Assembly: GCF_006345805.1 (NCBI RefSeq)
Contig: NC_043016.1
Coordinates: forward strand, 27,404,001-27,468,000
Direction: 5' to 3'
DNA from: Octopus sinensis
Lineage: Eukaryota
Length of the DNA stretch: 64,000 nucleotides
Shown here: positions 1-11,065 of the stretch, piece by piece
Position numbering within the stretch: the first letter of the stretch is position 1
How the letters are laid out: each line of letters starts with the position of its first letter
Notes under the pieces: model-generated
The model's database searches: none
The model's input: only the letters and a program-made list of their open reading frames with translations
Told to the model about the DNA's origin: nothing
Program-made: the position numbers and the translations under genes

Positions 1-311
1 TCTAATGTGGTTGTATTGTTGATAGGAGACCAAGGGTGCAGGATGAGCATAAGTCCATTAGGTACAATAATTGTTATTAATAATAAAACATTGGAAGCAG
101 GTTAAATTATCACAGATTGTTAGCGCAAACAAAAAGAATTGTTATGGTACCTTAGCAATTATATGGGAATGTTGCATCATTTCATTATACCCCCTGCCTC
201 TGCATACATAATCATACCTGATATGTGTCTTACGTTATTTAGTAATTGTGTTGCCTTTAATAAACATTTTTTTTTATCTAAATGAAAAATTCTCAAAAGA
301 GGAAAAGAATT

Positions 312-425
312 TTAACCTTTAGCACTGCATTTTCTCTAGAATTGTTTCCTCTACCACTGCCCTGTTACTACAAGGGAGAAAATTCATATGGTGACATGAT
401 GCACCTACAGTGTGCTAAAGGCTAA
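312..425. mobile_element. Short piggyBac-type MITE remnant
   Basis: Inverted termini TTAACCTTTAGCAC...GTGCTAAAGGCTAA. Confidence 0.5.
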
Positions 426-1129
426 CTTTCAGTTATCTCTCAGCTGTTTCAGCAGGTGGCAACAAAATAATAGTGATGCTGTGCTGTGCTGGTTGCTAAT
501 TACAGTTGCATAAAACATTACAGCTAGAAATACATATTTTACATATCCTGTATGACAATTGTCTTGACCAATATAACCAACTACACTAACTATATCTGAA
601 AGAAGATGAAACTAAAATACAGATACTAACATAACATACTTTATGCACAATAAATTTATGCTTTCATATTTTATCCCAGTGTCCAATTACAGCATTGTAT
701 TTACATGCACAGGATCATACATTAGTTCTAAAGAACTAATTTAAAATGTCTTTCAGTAAGTATTTGATCAAACTTACTAAATTTGTTTTTCCTTACACAA
801 AATATACTTGAAAAGTATGGTGCATCTTATGCAAGAACATCTTATATGCTGGTAAATATGATAAATGAAACTTGGCTGTAGATAGACTGAAAACATAGCA
901 ACAGAAAGGCATCATTAGAATATCAAAGGGGATTGACAAAGTGATTAATATTGACTTCCCCTTGCCCGGGAGTAAAGGGTTGATAAATACCTTAAATAAT
1001 TTGGGCATTAAGGGTGCCAAATTATTAGTGAACTAAATCTGGAAAAAGCGCAGTAATTTAAAGTTAAACTCAGTAATTTCCAATCAAATATCAAATCACT
1101 CGCTAATATTCACCAATCACATATCCATT

Positions 1130-1770
1130 TTTCTGCTTGCTATTTCTGGACGGTCGTTGGGTTAGAGTCCTCAGGGATTGCCTCTGTAAGGTCCTATCAG
1201 AAGCAAGGTAATTACATTTTACTGCCGGATCCCCAAGTGTGACTAATTTGAAACTATGTATATTATTCAACCATCTTTACAGCTGGTCTTCTAGAAATTG
1301 TGTGAATATTGCCATAAAGTGTACACTTGCTTTGTAAACCTTGAAAAGGCAAACAACTGCACACTGCAGAGGGTTTTGCAAGAGCTTGAGATAAATGGGC
1401 AACTTCTGGATGCTGTCAAGTCCCTATACAACTGGTCAAATGTTTGTCTTTAGGTAAATGTTAAATCGAGAGCTTTCAAAGTGCATGTTGGACTTCAGCA
1501 GGGGTGTGTATTGCCACTTCATTTTTTCATAACTTTTATGAACTGCATTGGTATGTGCAGCCATTATGAAAATGATATCACAATTGGTAGATGTTCTGAA
1601 GAGGATCTCCAACATAAACTGAATGGGTTCACTGCCAAGTGCTACAAGGCAGGAATGAGAAGAATTAGAAGACTGAGACATTGGTTATCTCAAGAAAGTC
1701 TTCTCAGTACACTTTGCATGTTAGTGGAACACCACCAAACTCATGTTTCTCATCAGATATTCCATTAGTC
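1130..1770 (+). mobile_element. Degenerate non-LTR (RTE-like) reverse transcriptase fragment
   Basis: Remnants of CFVNLEKA and VGLQQGCVL motifs with frameshifts. Confidence 0.65.
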
Positions 1771-1996
1771 ACAATATAATATAACTGAATTTTTGTTGTC
1801 CTTTTTCAATTTCATTAAATATTTCTTATTGTGGAGGTAATCACACACAAAGAATTATTGTGAAGAAGCTCACTTTGCAACCAAGTGATTTCAGATTCAA
1901 TACCGTTATGCGGCATCAATAGCCCTGGGCTGACCAATGCCTTTTGAGTGAATTTGGCAGATGGAAACTGTGTGGAAGCTCATTGTGTATATATAT

Positions 1997-2440
1997 ATAT
2001 TAATAGTTATCGCCATACTAATATGGCAGTCTATAAATATAAGACTAAAGCTGTCGCTGATTAGCTCCAAGAGGCCATCGCCTCTAGCTAGCTATATGAC
2101 ACACGAACCTGCGTCCATTACAACCTTCAAACAGGGGAGGTCAGCCGTTTCACCTTGCTAGTCAGACATCTGCAGGCATGTTTCAGGGTTGTTGCCCTTT
2201 ATCAATACAGCGTAGTCAGAACCAGCAGGTGTCGCTACTGACCGTCTGTTCAAAGGTTGTAATAGACGCAGGTTCATGTCATATAGCTAGCTAGAGGCGA
2301 TGGCCTCTCGGAGCTAATCAGAGACAGCTTTAGTCTTATATTTATAGACTGCCATATTAGTATGGCGATAACTATTAATATCCAGTAACGCTGCCGTAAT
2401 CTCCTTTAGAGAGACTTAGTAATTTTAATATTTCTATTAT
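1997..2440. mobile_element. Fold-back (Penelope pLTR-like) element, ~145-bp inverted arms
   Basis: 1997-2143 is the reverse complement of 2238-2381. The loop holds a decayed hammerhead-like motif on - (TTGATAA-AGGG..CCCT-GAAAC, 2177-2205). A related copy lies at 34272-34475. Confidence 0.75.
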
Positions 2441-2448
2441 ATATATAT

Positions 2449-2672
2449 ATATAAATTAGAGAAGAACCACCTTTTATCAATTCAACAATGATATAAATAA
2501 ATTATACCATATAGAAAAAAATTAAGTATACAATAAAACATATACCAATAATAATGTACTTTACTTAATTATTGGTATATGTTTTATCATATATTTAATT
2601 TTTTCCTATATGGTATAATTTAATTATTTCATTGTTAAATTGATAAAAGGTGGTTCTTCTCTAATTTATATA
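2449..2672. repeat. AT-rich long inverted repeat (~105-bp arms)
   Basis: TAAATTAGAGAAGAACCACCTTTTATCAA... pairs with ...TTGATAAAAGGTGGTTCTTCTCTAATTTA. Confidence 0.85.
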
Positions 2673-2796
2673 CATATATTACATATTGTGAAATTTGATT
2701 TAGTATTACTAAATTGAATTTTTCCCTCTAAGTTTGGAATAATATTCCCTATTATTATTATTATTATTATCATTATTAATATTATTATTATATATA

Positions 2797-3700
2797 CTGG
2801 GTGTCCTTGAAAGATTTACTGAGAATTAAAGAAATTCTTGAAAATTATTGGATAAGCAATCATATTTTTGATTGCACACAGCAATTTGTGTATGTTTCAG
2901 CTTTAAGTGTTTATAGTTTTGTTTGTCTATAATAATTTTGTCCACAAATATGGCATCTCACGTTAAATATGATCAAATTCTTGCATTAAAATCAGCAGGA
3001 AGATCTGACAATGATATTGCAAAACAGCTCAATGTTTGTTGTAAGACAGTGTATAATGTCTGGGAATGTTATAATCAATCTGACCTGGCATCAAGCAAGC
3101 CAATTCCAGGGTGTAAAAGAACTGTTCACACCAAAACTGTGATTGATATTGTGAGAAAGAGAGTTCGCAAGAATCTTCGTTGAAGCATGCAAAAAATGGC
3201 AAGAGAGCTTAATATTTCAAAATCTTCATTGTACAGGATTGCTAAAGAGGATCTCAAACAAAAGACACAAAAAGCAAGCCAGACAAGTAATTTCAGCAGC
3301 TTTGAAGAAAATATGGCTTGACAGGGGAAAAAAGATGATAGTGGAGATGAACAGCATCACAAAGTCTTCATTTGGAGTGACAAGAAGATCCTTCACTGTG
3401 GAGACTGTTACAAACAAACAGAATTACAGGCTGTATGCTACTGATGCTCAAGATTTGTCTAAAGGGAGCTGAACCTATTTTCATCATCAGAAACCAGCTG
3501 GGGTTGTAGTGGGCTGCCATAGTATCTGATGGATCCAAGTCTCCTTTCATCTTCATTTATGAGGGTGTTAATGTGAATATCACAGTTTATGTTGAAATGT
3601 TGGAAGAAAATTTTGTTGCCATGATTAAATGAACATTTGGAAACAGGTCTGTCTTCACTCAGGACAGTGGCCCAGCCCATACCTCGAATATTATGGCAGA
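2797..3700 (+). mobile_element. Tc1/mariner (DD37D/maT-like) transposase relic, 3' truncated by an RTE insertion
   Basis: TA-CTGGGTG terminus, HTH (DIAKQLNVCCKTVYNVW), IWSDKKIFTVE and FTQDSGPAHT motifs, with stops and frameshifts. Confidence 0.8.
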
Positions 3701-5109
3701 TCTTTGACAGGGCCCCTGATCCCTTATCTGGTAGTCAGTATGGAAATCAGGGATAGATGATTGGTTGGTGAGAGCTGTACAAACCATGTACAGGGATACT
3801 GACAGTAATGTGAGGGTTGGCAATGAGTACAGAGAAGAATTCAGGTTACTAATAGGGATCGGTCCTCAGCTGCTTCTTCCAAGCAATAACAAAGGAACTT
3901 AAGACAGGCTGCCCCTGGGAGTTCCTCTTTGCTGATGATCTTGTTCTTATAGCTGAATCACTACCAGAACTACCAGAGAAGTTTCCGGTATGGAAGCAAG
4001 GTCCAGAATTGAGGGGCTTTAGAGTTAATCTAGCAAAAACCAAAGTCTTTGTAAGCAAGAAGGTAGACAAACCACAATTCCTTTCAGGTAGATGGTCCTG
4101 CTCAATCTGTAGAAAAGGCGTATGTAGAAACTCTATAAGATGTACCCAGTGTAAGCTATGGACACATAAGAGGTGCAACAATATCAGTAGAAAGTTAACA
4201 GGGAAAACAGTTTTTGTGTGTGGAAGGTGCACAGATACAATGGACACCAAAAATGTGCAGAGAATAGATTCCATCAACTGCCAGTGGGTAAACTAGAGGT
4301 AGTAGATAGCTTCTGCTATCTTGGTGACTAAGTCAGTAGTGGAAGTGGATGCTCTGAGAGCATAGCTGTGAGAATAAGAATAGGTTGGGCAAAATTCAGA
4401 GAGTTCCTACCTCTGCCGGCAACAAAGGGTTTCTCGCTCGAAGTGAAAGGCAGATTGTATGTTGCCTGCATGCAAACAGCTATGCTACATGGCAGTGAAA
4501 CCTGGGCTGTGACAGTGAAAGACATGTCTAGGCTTGAAAGAAATGAAGCCAATATGTTTCATTGGATGTGCAATGTCAGTGTGCATGTACAACAGAGTGT
4601 ATCTTGAGAGACAAGTTGGGCATAAGAGGCATCATGTGATAAGCAAGAAGGATGAGGATAGTTGTGTAAAGAAGTGTTGATCTCTAACTGTGGAGGGAAC
4701 CTATGGTAGAGGTAGACCCAGGAAGACATGGGACAAGGTTATGAAGCATGATCTTCGAACTCTTAAGCCCCATAGAGGCAATGACTAGGAGGCTGGTGCT
4801 AGTGGTACACAAAAAGCACTTTTCCAGTGTTGGGCTTCTCAGAGGCAATGACAAATGACCCAGACCTTTGACATGCTTTAGAAGAAGACTCATCAAGCTA
4901 AGTAAAATAGTAGTCATGCAAATGACACCCATGCTGGTGGCACATAAAAGCACCCATTACACTCTCAGAGTGGTTGGCGTTAGAAAGGGCACCCAACTAT
5001 AGAAATCATGCCAAATCAAACTGGAGTCTGGTGCAGCCTTCCAGCTCTGGTCAAACCGTCCAACCCATGCCAGCATGAACAACAGACGTTAAGTTATGAT
5101 GATGATGAT
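3700..5109 (+). mobile_element. RTE-clade LINE, 5'-truncated and degenerate
   Basis: RT motifs (LFADDL, RVNLAKTKV), Cys-rich insert, ARIRIGW.KF region and a (GAT)n tail. Confidence 0.9.
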
Positions 5110-5286
5110 TTTTAAATTTTGTTTTTAGAAATTTTGGATGGTTAACAATTCCATGAAGGGTAAATTATTTAAAGAAGTTTGCCTCTCCTGGTATTTTGGG
5201 AATTCATGGTTGCAGAAAGATGTATACTGGGATTATTTTTTCTGATAAAATAGCAACAAGGTTTTTGCTTCAATATGTCACTGGAT

Positions 5287-5508
5287 TTAACATTTTAGCA
5301 TTTAAACTGGCTATATCCAGCCCAAATATTTTACCTGTTTTGTGTTCAAACCAACCAGATCTGACCTCATACACCTACCCTACAATGTCATCCTAAAAGT
5401 ATATAGTCACATCATCAAAACCTCAAAGCTATGAGATAGTGCATGATTGATTCATGCGGATAAAATAAGCTTACATTTGATAGAATAATCTTACTGCTAA
5501 TGAGTTAA
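5287..5508 (+). mobile_element. piggyBac-type MITE (TTAA ends)
   Basis: TTAACATTTTAGCATT...TGCTAATGAGTTAA. A related copy in opposite orientation lies at 56771-56983. Confidence 0.6.
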
Positions 5509-6539
5509 AGGAGATGGAAGATTGAGAGCAAATATAATGTTTACTTATTACAGCTCAGAGTCTAGCAGAGCACTTTCCAATCGAAGTCAGATGGACACAG
5601 TGTGAGATGACTGTTGTTATCGTTAGGCCTAACTCATCATAAAGTCAATACCACCATGACAGATATCCAAACTACAGTGGAGAAGGCTAGCCACTGGATT
5701 TGGTTAAAAAGAAACGATGAGTGATGGCTAGAAGAATATCAAGTTTTATTTGATAACCAGTTGATCTAGCAAGCGGGGCCTCATATCAGTGAGTGGGGGC
5801 CGGTGCGCATTGATGCTGTCGAGAGGTAGGCCCCAAAACAGCACGCATTCTCTCCTGATGACCCCATACACTTGCTGGCTTCCAGTATGTGGAGTTTTTG
5901 ACTGGTAGCACTTGCATGTGCAAGTTGTTTGCAAGACATCAGAATCTAGCCCTTGCAAGCAACTTCATAAAGAAAATCTATCTGCATGCATGCTGAAAGT
6001 GACCAAGTGCTGCTTGTGCTGGTAATGATGTAGAGAGTGTGACACACTGTTAGTGTTTGGAGGATACTGGTGCAACATGAATACAAACCCTGATATGATA
6101 AAGTGAGTCGACACATTCTTCCAAGCCACTGTGTGATCTGTGAATTAGAAATAAATGAGAAACTTTATGAAGACAGAACAGAGCCAGTCAATTGCTAAAA
6201 TGACAACACATGCTCTGCTTAAAAGCACAATATATATATTGGAGTGAGGCAACTGTTGTAGCGGCAGTGATTCATGAGAACAACAGACATGTTTTTGTCC
6301 TACTTGGGGACTTGTCAATGCATGTTGCTTACCAAGACAAAATTCCTGCCTCGCTATATTAGAAACAATGAATAAAACATTCACTGATACTGCAGAGAGC
6401 TTGCTGAGCTGTAAAAAGATTTGAATGTAACTGAAATGGCATTAAATTAAAAATTACCATGTGTATCATACTAAATGTATATGCACCTTTGAGAGATATC
6501 ATACTATGGTTTTTGTCTGAGAGAAAAATATCTTCACTG

Positions 6540-7039
6540 GCTTGTGTGCTAAAATGGGCACTAAGAGCACTATCCCAATGTGATCGCTGCCAGTGCAGCT
6601 GACTGGCTTCTGTGCTGGTGGCTCATAAAAAGCACCATTCAAACGCGATCATTACCAACGTTGCCTTACTGGCACTTGTGCCAGTGGCATGTGAAAAACA
6701 TTTGAGCGAGGTTGTTGCTAGTGCCACTGGACTGGCTCCTGTGTAGGTGGCATGTAAAAAACACCACTTGAGCGTGGCTGTTGCCAGTACCTCCTGACTG
6801 GCCCTCGTGCCGGTGGCACATAAAAGCACCCACTACACTCTCAGAGTGGTTGGCATTAGGAAGGGCATATGTAGAAACTCTGCCAGATCAGATTGGAGCC
6901 TGGTGCAGCCATCTGGTTCGCCAGTCCTCAGTCAAACCGTCCAACCCGAGCCTGGTGCAGCTCTCCAGTGGGCCATCTCTGGTCAAACCATCCATCCTAT
7001 GCCAGCATGGATGACAGATATTAAACGATGATGATGATG
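6540..7039 (+). mobile_element. RTE LINE 3' UTR fragment with internal ~60-bp tandem units and (GAT)n tail
   Basis: Repeated GTGCC.GTGGCA..TAAAA units; same sequence as the 3' end of the 29861-32211 LINE. Confidence 0.85.
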
Positions 7040-8179
7040 CATAGATGGCTATTTTAATTTAATCTTGTTGCAATTGCATATATTGAGTTTTTCTACAGCT
7101 TGGCAAGCTTTCTGCAATATAGTGAATACTAGTGAATGTTTGTTTTGTTCATGAATTTCATTTAAGCAGGTGATAACTGAGTGCACAACTTTGACCAGCT
7201 CCTTGTATAGTGAAATGAGTCTCTAGTTCTCCTAAGTCTTTGCCAAGATGATGCAAAAAATATATATGATGTATATATTTGCTTTTTAACACATCTTTTA
7301 CCTTTTCTTCTACTTGTTTCAGTTATTGGACTGTGGTCATACTGGGGCACCATTCTGAAGTGTGTCGTCAAACAAATCAACCATAGTGCTTATTTTTCAG
7401 TGTGATACTTATTCTGTTGGCCTCTTTTGTCAAACTGCTACATTACAGAGGCATAAACAAACCAACACCAGTTATCAAGTGGTATGAGACAAGCAGACAC
7501 ACACACATACACAAGGGCTTGTAAACAGTTTCCCTCTACAAAATTCACTTACAAGGTATTGGTAGGCTCAGGGCTATAGTAGAAGACACTTGCCCAAGGT
7601 GCTGTGTAGAGGGATTGAACCTGAAATTACATGAAGGCAATATCTCTTGAAAGATTTTCTCGCAGATAAAAACATCATACTTTTTAACAGTTTGTATATG
7701 TCTAATATTATACGTCTCAGATTATGATTCGATATTTTTTAAATTAAAAATTTTCTTTTTCTTGTAGCATCATAATCTCAACTGTATAAAACACATAATT
7801 TCAATGAAAAATAATCAAAAAAGGAATGAACTGCATAGAAAGCAATCTTCAGAAGGGCTGGATGTGTAAATAATATTTAATGACAAAATTTTGGAAGATA
7901 TTTTTTTTTTTTAGTTTTGGCAAAATTGTGATCTGCAATGTTTCAGTCACATCAATTTGTAAAATTTAATTTGGGACATAGTCAAAAAACAGAAAAGGAA
8001 AAAAAGAGAATAATTACAGAAAGAAGACTGGAAGGGGAGGGGGTAAAATATGTAATATTAAATATATCAGTCATGAGGATTTGCAATCTGTTTAAAACAG
8101 TTGAGTCTGAGAGAAGAAAAAAATCCCAAATCACAATAATAATTTTCTAAAAACCGTATAAAATATTAGATTATACAAT

Positions 8180-9643
8180 ATGTTTGTATTTTTTTTTGGG
8201 GGGGGGGTGAAACGAGGTTTTTGAAACTCGAATTGAAATACTTGAATCTAGGGGCAAAAAAAAAAAATGTTGAAAAATATTAAACGCAAAAAAAATCGCC
8301 AGAAATGAAAGTAGGGGTGAGGGGGAATAAGGGTGAAAAGAATCTAGATAAATTAAAATAGTGTAAAAATTTTTCAAATATAATCTCCTCTGTTGAAAAC
8401 ATATCAATGATAATATAATGATGTGGTAGCACAGTGTTGTGGCGGTGAGAGGAGGTAAATGTACGCCGTGGTTATGGTAGTAATAATGTTTTGGTGATAT
8501 GGGAGGTAGCATTATGTGGTAGCGGTGAGAGGAGATATATGTAGCCCGTGGTGATAGTAGTTACGCTTTAGTGATATAATAACGTAGTAGCAATGCATAG
8601 TGGCGGTGAGAGGTGAGAAATGTAGCCCATGGTGGTTGTAGTATCTTTTTCGTGATATAATGAGGTCGCAAAGGGTGTATGGAAATAGTGAGAGGAGATA
8701 AAAATATATACCATAGCCGTTGTAGTGATATTTTTCTGATATACTAAGGTAGTGACACTGCGTGGTGATGGTGAGAGGAGAGAAATGTAACCTCGCGCTT
8801 AATGAGGTGGTAGCGGTGAGAGAAGAAAAATGTAGGCCGACACCGCCTTAGTAAAAGACAAACATTACTACGACCATTTCTCCTACTATTCGATCTTTCA
8901 TCCTCTCACCATTACCACATTCATTCTTTTACTGTTCCCACTACCTCAAGCTACCACCTTACTGAATCATTTAAACTTCCCCTACCACAACATGCCACCA
9001 TAAACGTACATGTTTTCACTCTTTCCGCCACCACTAAAGTGCTATCACTTCACTAAGGAACCGTACATTTTTCTACTCTTCCCGCCATCTCATCATGCTA
9101 CTACCTCAGTGAATCATGTAAACCGTCACCACTGCTATGACTACATACATTTTCTTACTCTTCCTGCCACTATAACTTGCTACCACGTCTGTGAATCATT
9201 TAAATCGTTACTACTGCTGTGACTGCTTACATTTTCCTACTCTTTCCGCCACCCATGCTACCACGTCAGTGGATCATGTAAACCGTCACCACTGCTGCAA
9301 CGACATACATTTTCCTACTCCTCCCTTCATCACAATATGCTACCACGTCAGTAGATCATGTAAATTCTCACTACTGCTATGACTACATACATTTTTTTTA
9401 ACCTCTTACCGCTACTACATGCTACCACCTTATTGAATCATTTGTACTTACAGTTGTTTACTCTTCCCGCTACTAGGACTGCCACCACCTTAGTAAATGA
9501 CTAAAATATCACTACGACGACCACTACTCCCACCAAATCCTGTTTTCATCCTCTTACTAATACCCTTACCAGCCAACGACACAGGACTACAAGCACTTCA
9601 CTTAGAACCCTTACCGACGCACCCCCACCACAACACCAGAGCT
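8180..9643 (+). promoter_or_regulatory. Putative PAN3 promoter/5'UTR region
   Basis: CpG-retaining, SINE/LINE-free stretch directly upstream of the first coding exon. The TSS is not determinable from sequence. Confidence 0.45.
8410..9560. repeat. Mirrored degenerate tandem array (~80-bp unit), orientation flips near 8843
   Basis: About 6 units with core GGTGAGAGGAG..AATGTA on + (8410-8843), then about 8 units of the reverse complement (TACATTTT.CTACTCTT.CCGCCA...TGCTACCAC) to about 9560. Confidence 0.85.
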
Positions 9644-10037
9644 ATGGCCGACCTAGAACAGTGTAAAGGTATTGGGGACCCTTTGGGTTCGGTTAATCCC
9701 TTAAATGCGATTAATACAGCCACTGGACCGGCTCAGGGGCCCTCTGTAGGGGCCAGCCCTTGTATTTTCATCGTACCTAATTTGTCACAGGTCTCAAGGA
9801 GCCGAAATAATGCGTTAAATGTGGAAAACTGCGGGATTAATAATGGCGCATGTGTAAACGTCGGGGTTAATATGCTAGAAAGAGCAGTTATGAGCCCCGA
9901 AGAAGAACACGGTGAAGAAGTACAGAGCCAAGAACATCAACAACAGCAAGAGAGAGGGTTTTGCGACGGCCCTATGAGTGACGCTGATCCTGGATCGAAT
10001 CCTAATGTTGACATTGTGGAAGATTCGGCCATACAAG
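9644..10037 (+). CDS. PAN3: PAN3 coding exon 1 (low-complexity N-terminus, MADLEQCKG...EDSAIQ)
   Basis: GC/CpG-enriched open frame. ATG lies in good context (GCTATGG). Donor AG|GTAAAT after 10037 is phase 1 and matches the exon 2 acceptor. No recognisable homology in this exon, and the start could instead be the in-frame ATG at 9497. Confidence 0.7.
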
Positions 10038-10379
10038 GTAAATAAATATGCATTTTTAAATTAATATTGTATTTGTGATTAGTTTTAAAAATTAATTAAC
10101 AATGTTATTTATGCTCACATACTGTGATTGTGTCTCCTAGTTGATACTATTATATTTACTATGCCTTTGGAGAAAATACTAATTAAATAAAAATTTTAGA
10201 AAGTGTTTTATTTTAACGTTTAATTCTCTAATAATACTTATTATCTTTTAAAATTAATTAACGTTTAATTTACAGATAGTTAAGGCGGTTTCTGGACGTC
10301 CTATAGAATATCTTTGATGATTTTTCGTATCCTGGGGTCGATGTAAATGTAGTCGATTAAAATCTCATGAATTTCTTTT

Positions 10380-11065
10380 AGTTGATTAAATACTATTAAC
10401 AGAGTATAATTGCATAAACAACAGAAAGGAGTGGTTTCGTTGGGGTTTTTATTTACGGTAACGAATTTTAGGTTCGAATTTTGGTGAAATTGGTCTCTAT
10501 TGGGGGCAGATGATAATATTAAATTTTTTCTTTATAGTTAATTAATGTTTTATAAATGTAAATAAAAGATTATAATTGCTCACACAACAAAAAGGAGTGG
10601 TTTTGTTTACGATAACGATTCACAGGCTTTAATTTTGGTGAAATACATCTATATTGGGGGCAAAGAATAATTAAAATAATTTTTAGTTAAATAATGTTTT
10701 AAAATGTAATTAAGAGTATAAGTTGCATAAACAACAAAAAGGAGTGGTTTTGTTTACGATAACGATTCGTAGGTTCGAATCCTGGTGAAATTGGTTAGTA
10801 TTGGGGACTTGAAGGAAAAGATATTAGTTTTTTGCTTTTCAGTTGATTAATGTTTTATAAATGTAATTAATAAAGTATAATCGCATAAACAACATCAACA
10901 AAGAAGAGTGGCTTTATTGTTCCGTTTTTGATAACGATGCTGGGGTTCGAATCTCCCGGTAAATCGTTCGGTATTGAGAGAAACGAAAAATATATAATTT
11001 TGCTTAATAAATGCTTTATAAATGAAAGTAACAGAGTACAGTTTGCATTAACAAATAAAATAAAG
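10380..11065 (+). repeat. Tandem array of ~150-165 bp units (4 plus a partial) with Pol III A/B-box-like motifs
   Basis: Unit start AGTATAA.TGCATAAACAAC recurs near 10401, 10566, 10713, 10873 and 11033. Units contain GGAGTGGTT and GGTTCGAAT; a perfect GGTTCGAATCC is at 10772-10782. Confidence 0.8.

Noticed and set aside
5855-5875. CTGATGA as a hammerhead core (also at 11585, 28967, 53711 and within YADD codons)
   Set aside because: No stem II followed by GAAA; chance or RT-coding matches.
8410-9560. Regularly spaced repeats as a CRISPR-like array
   Set aside because: Units are degenerate along their whole length, with no constant repeat and unique spacer structure.
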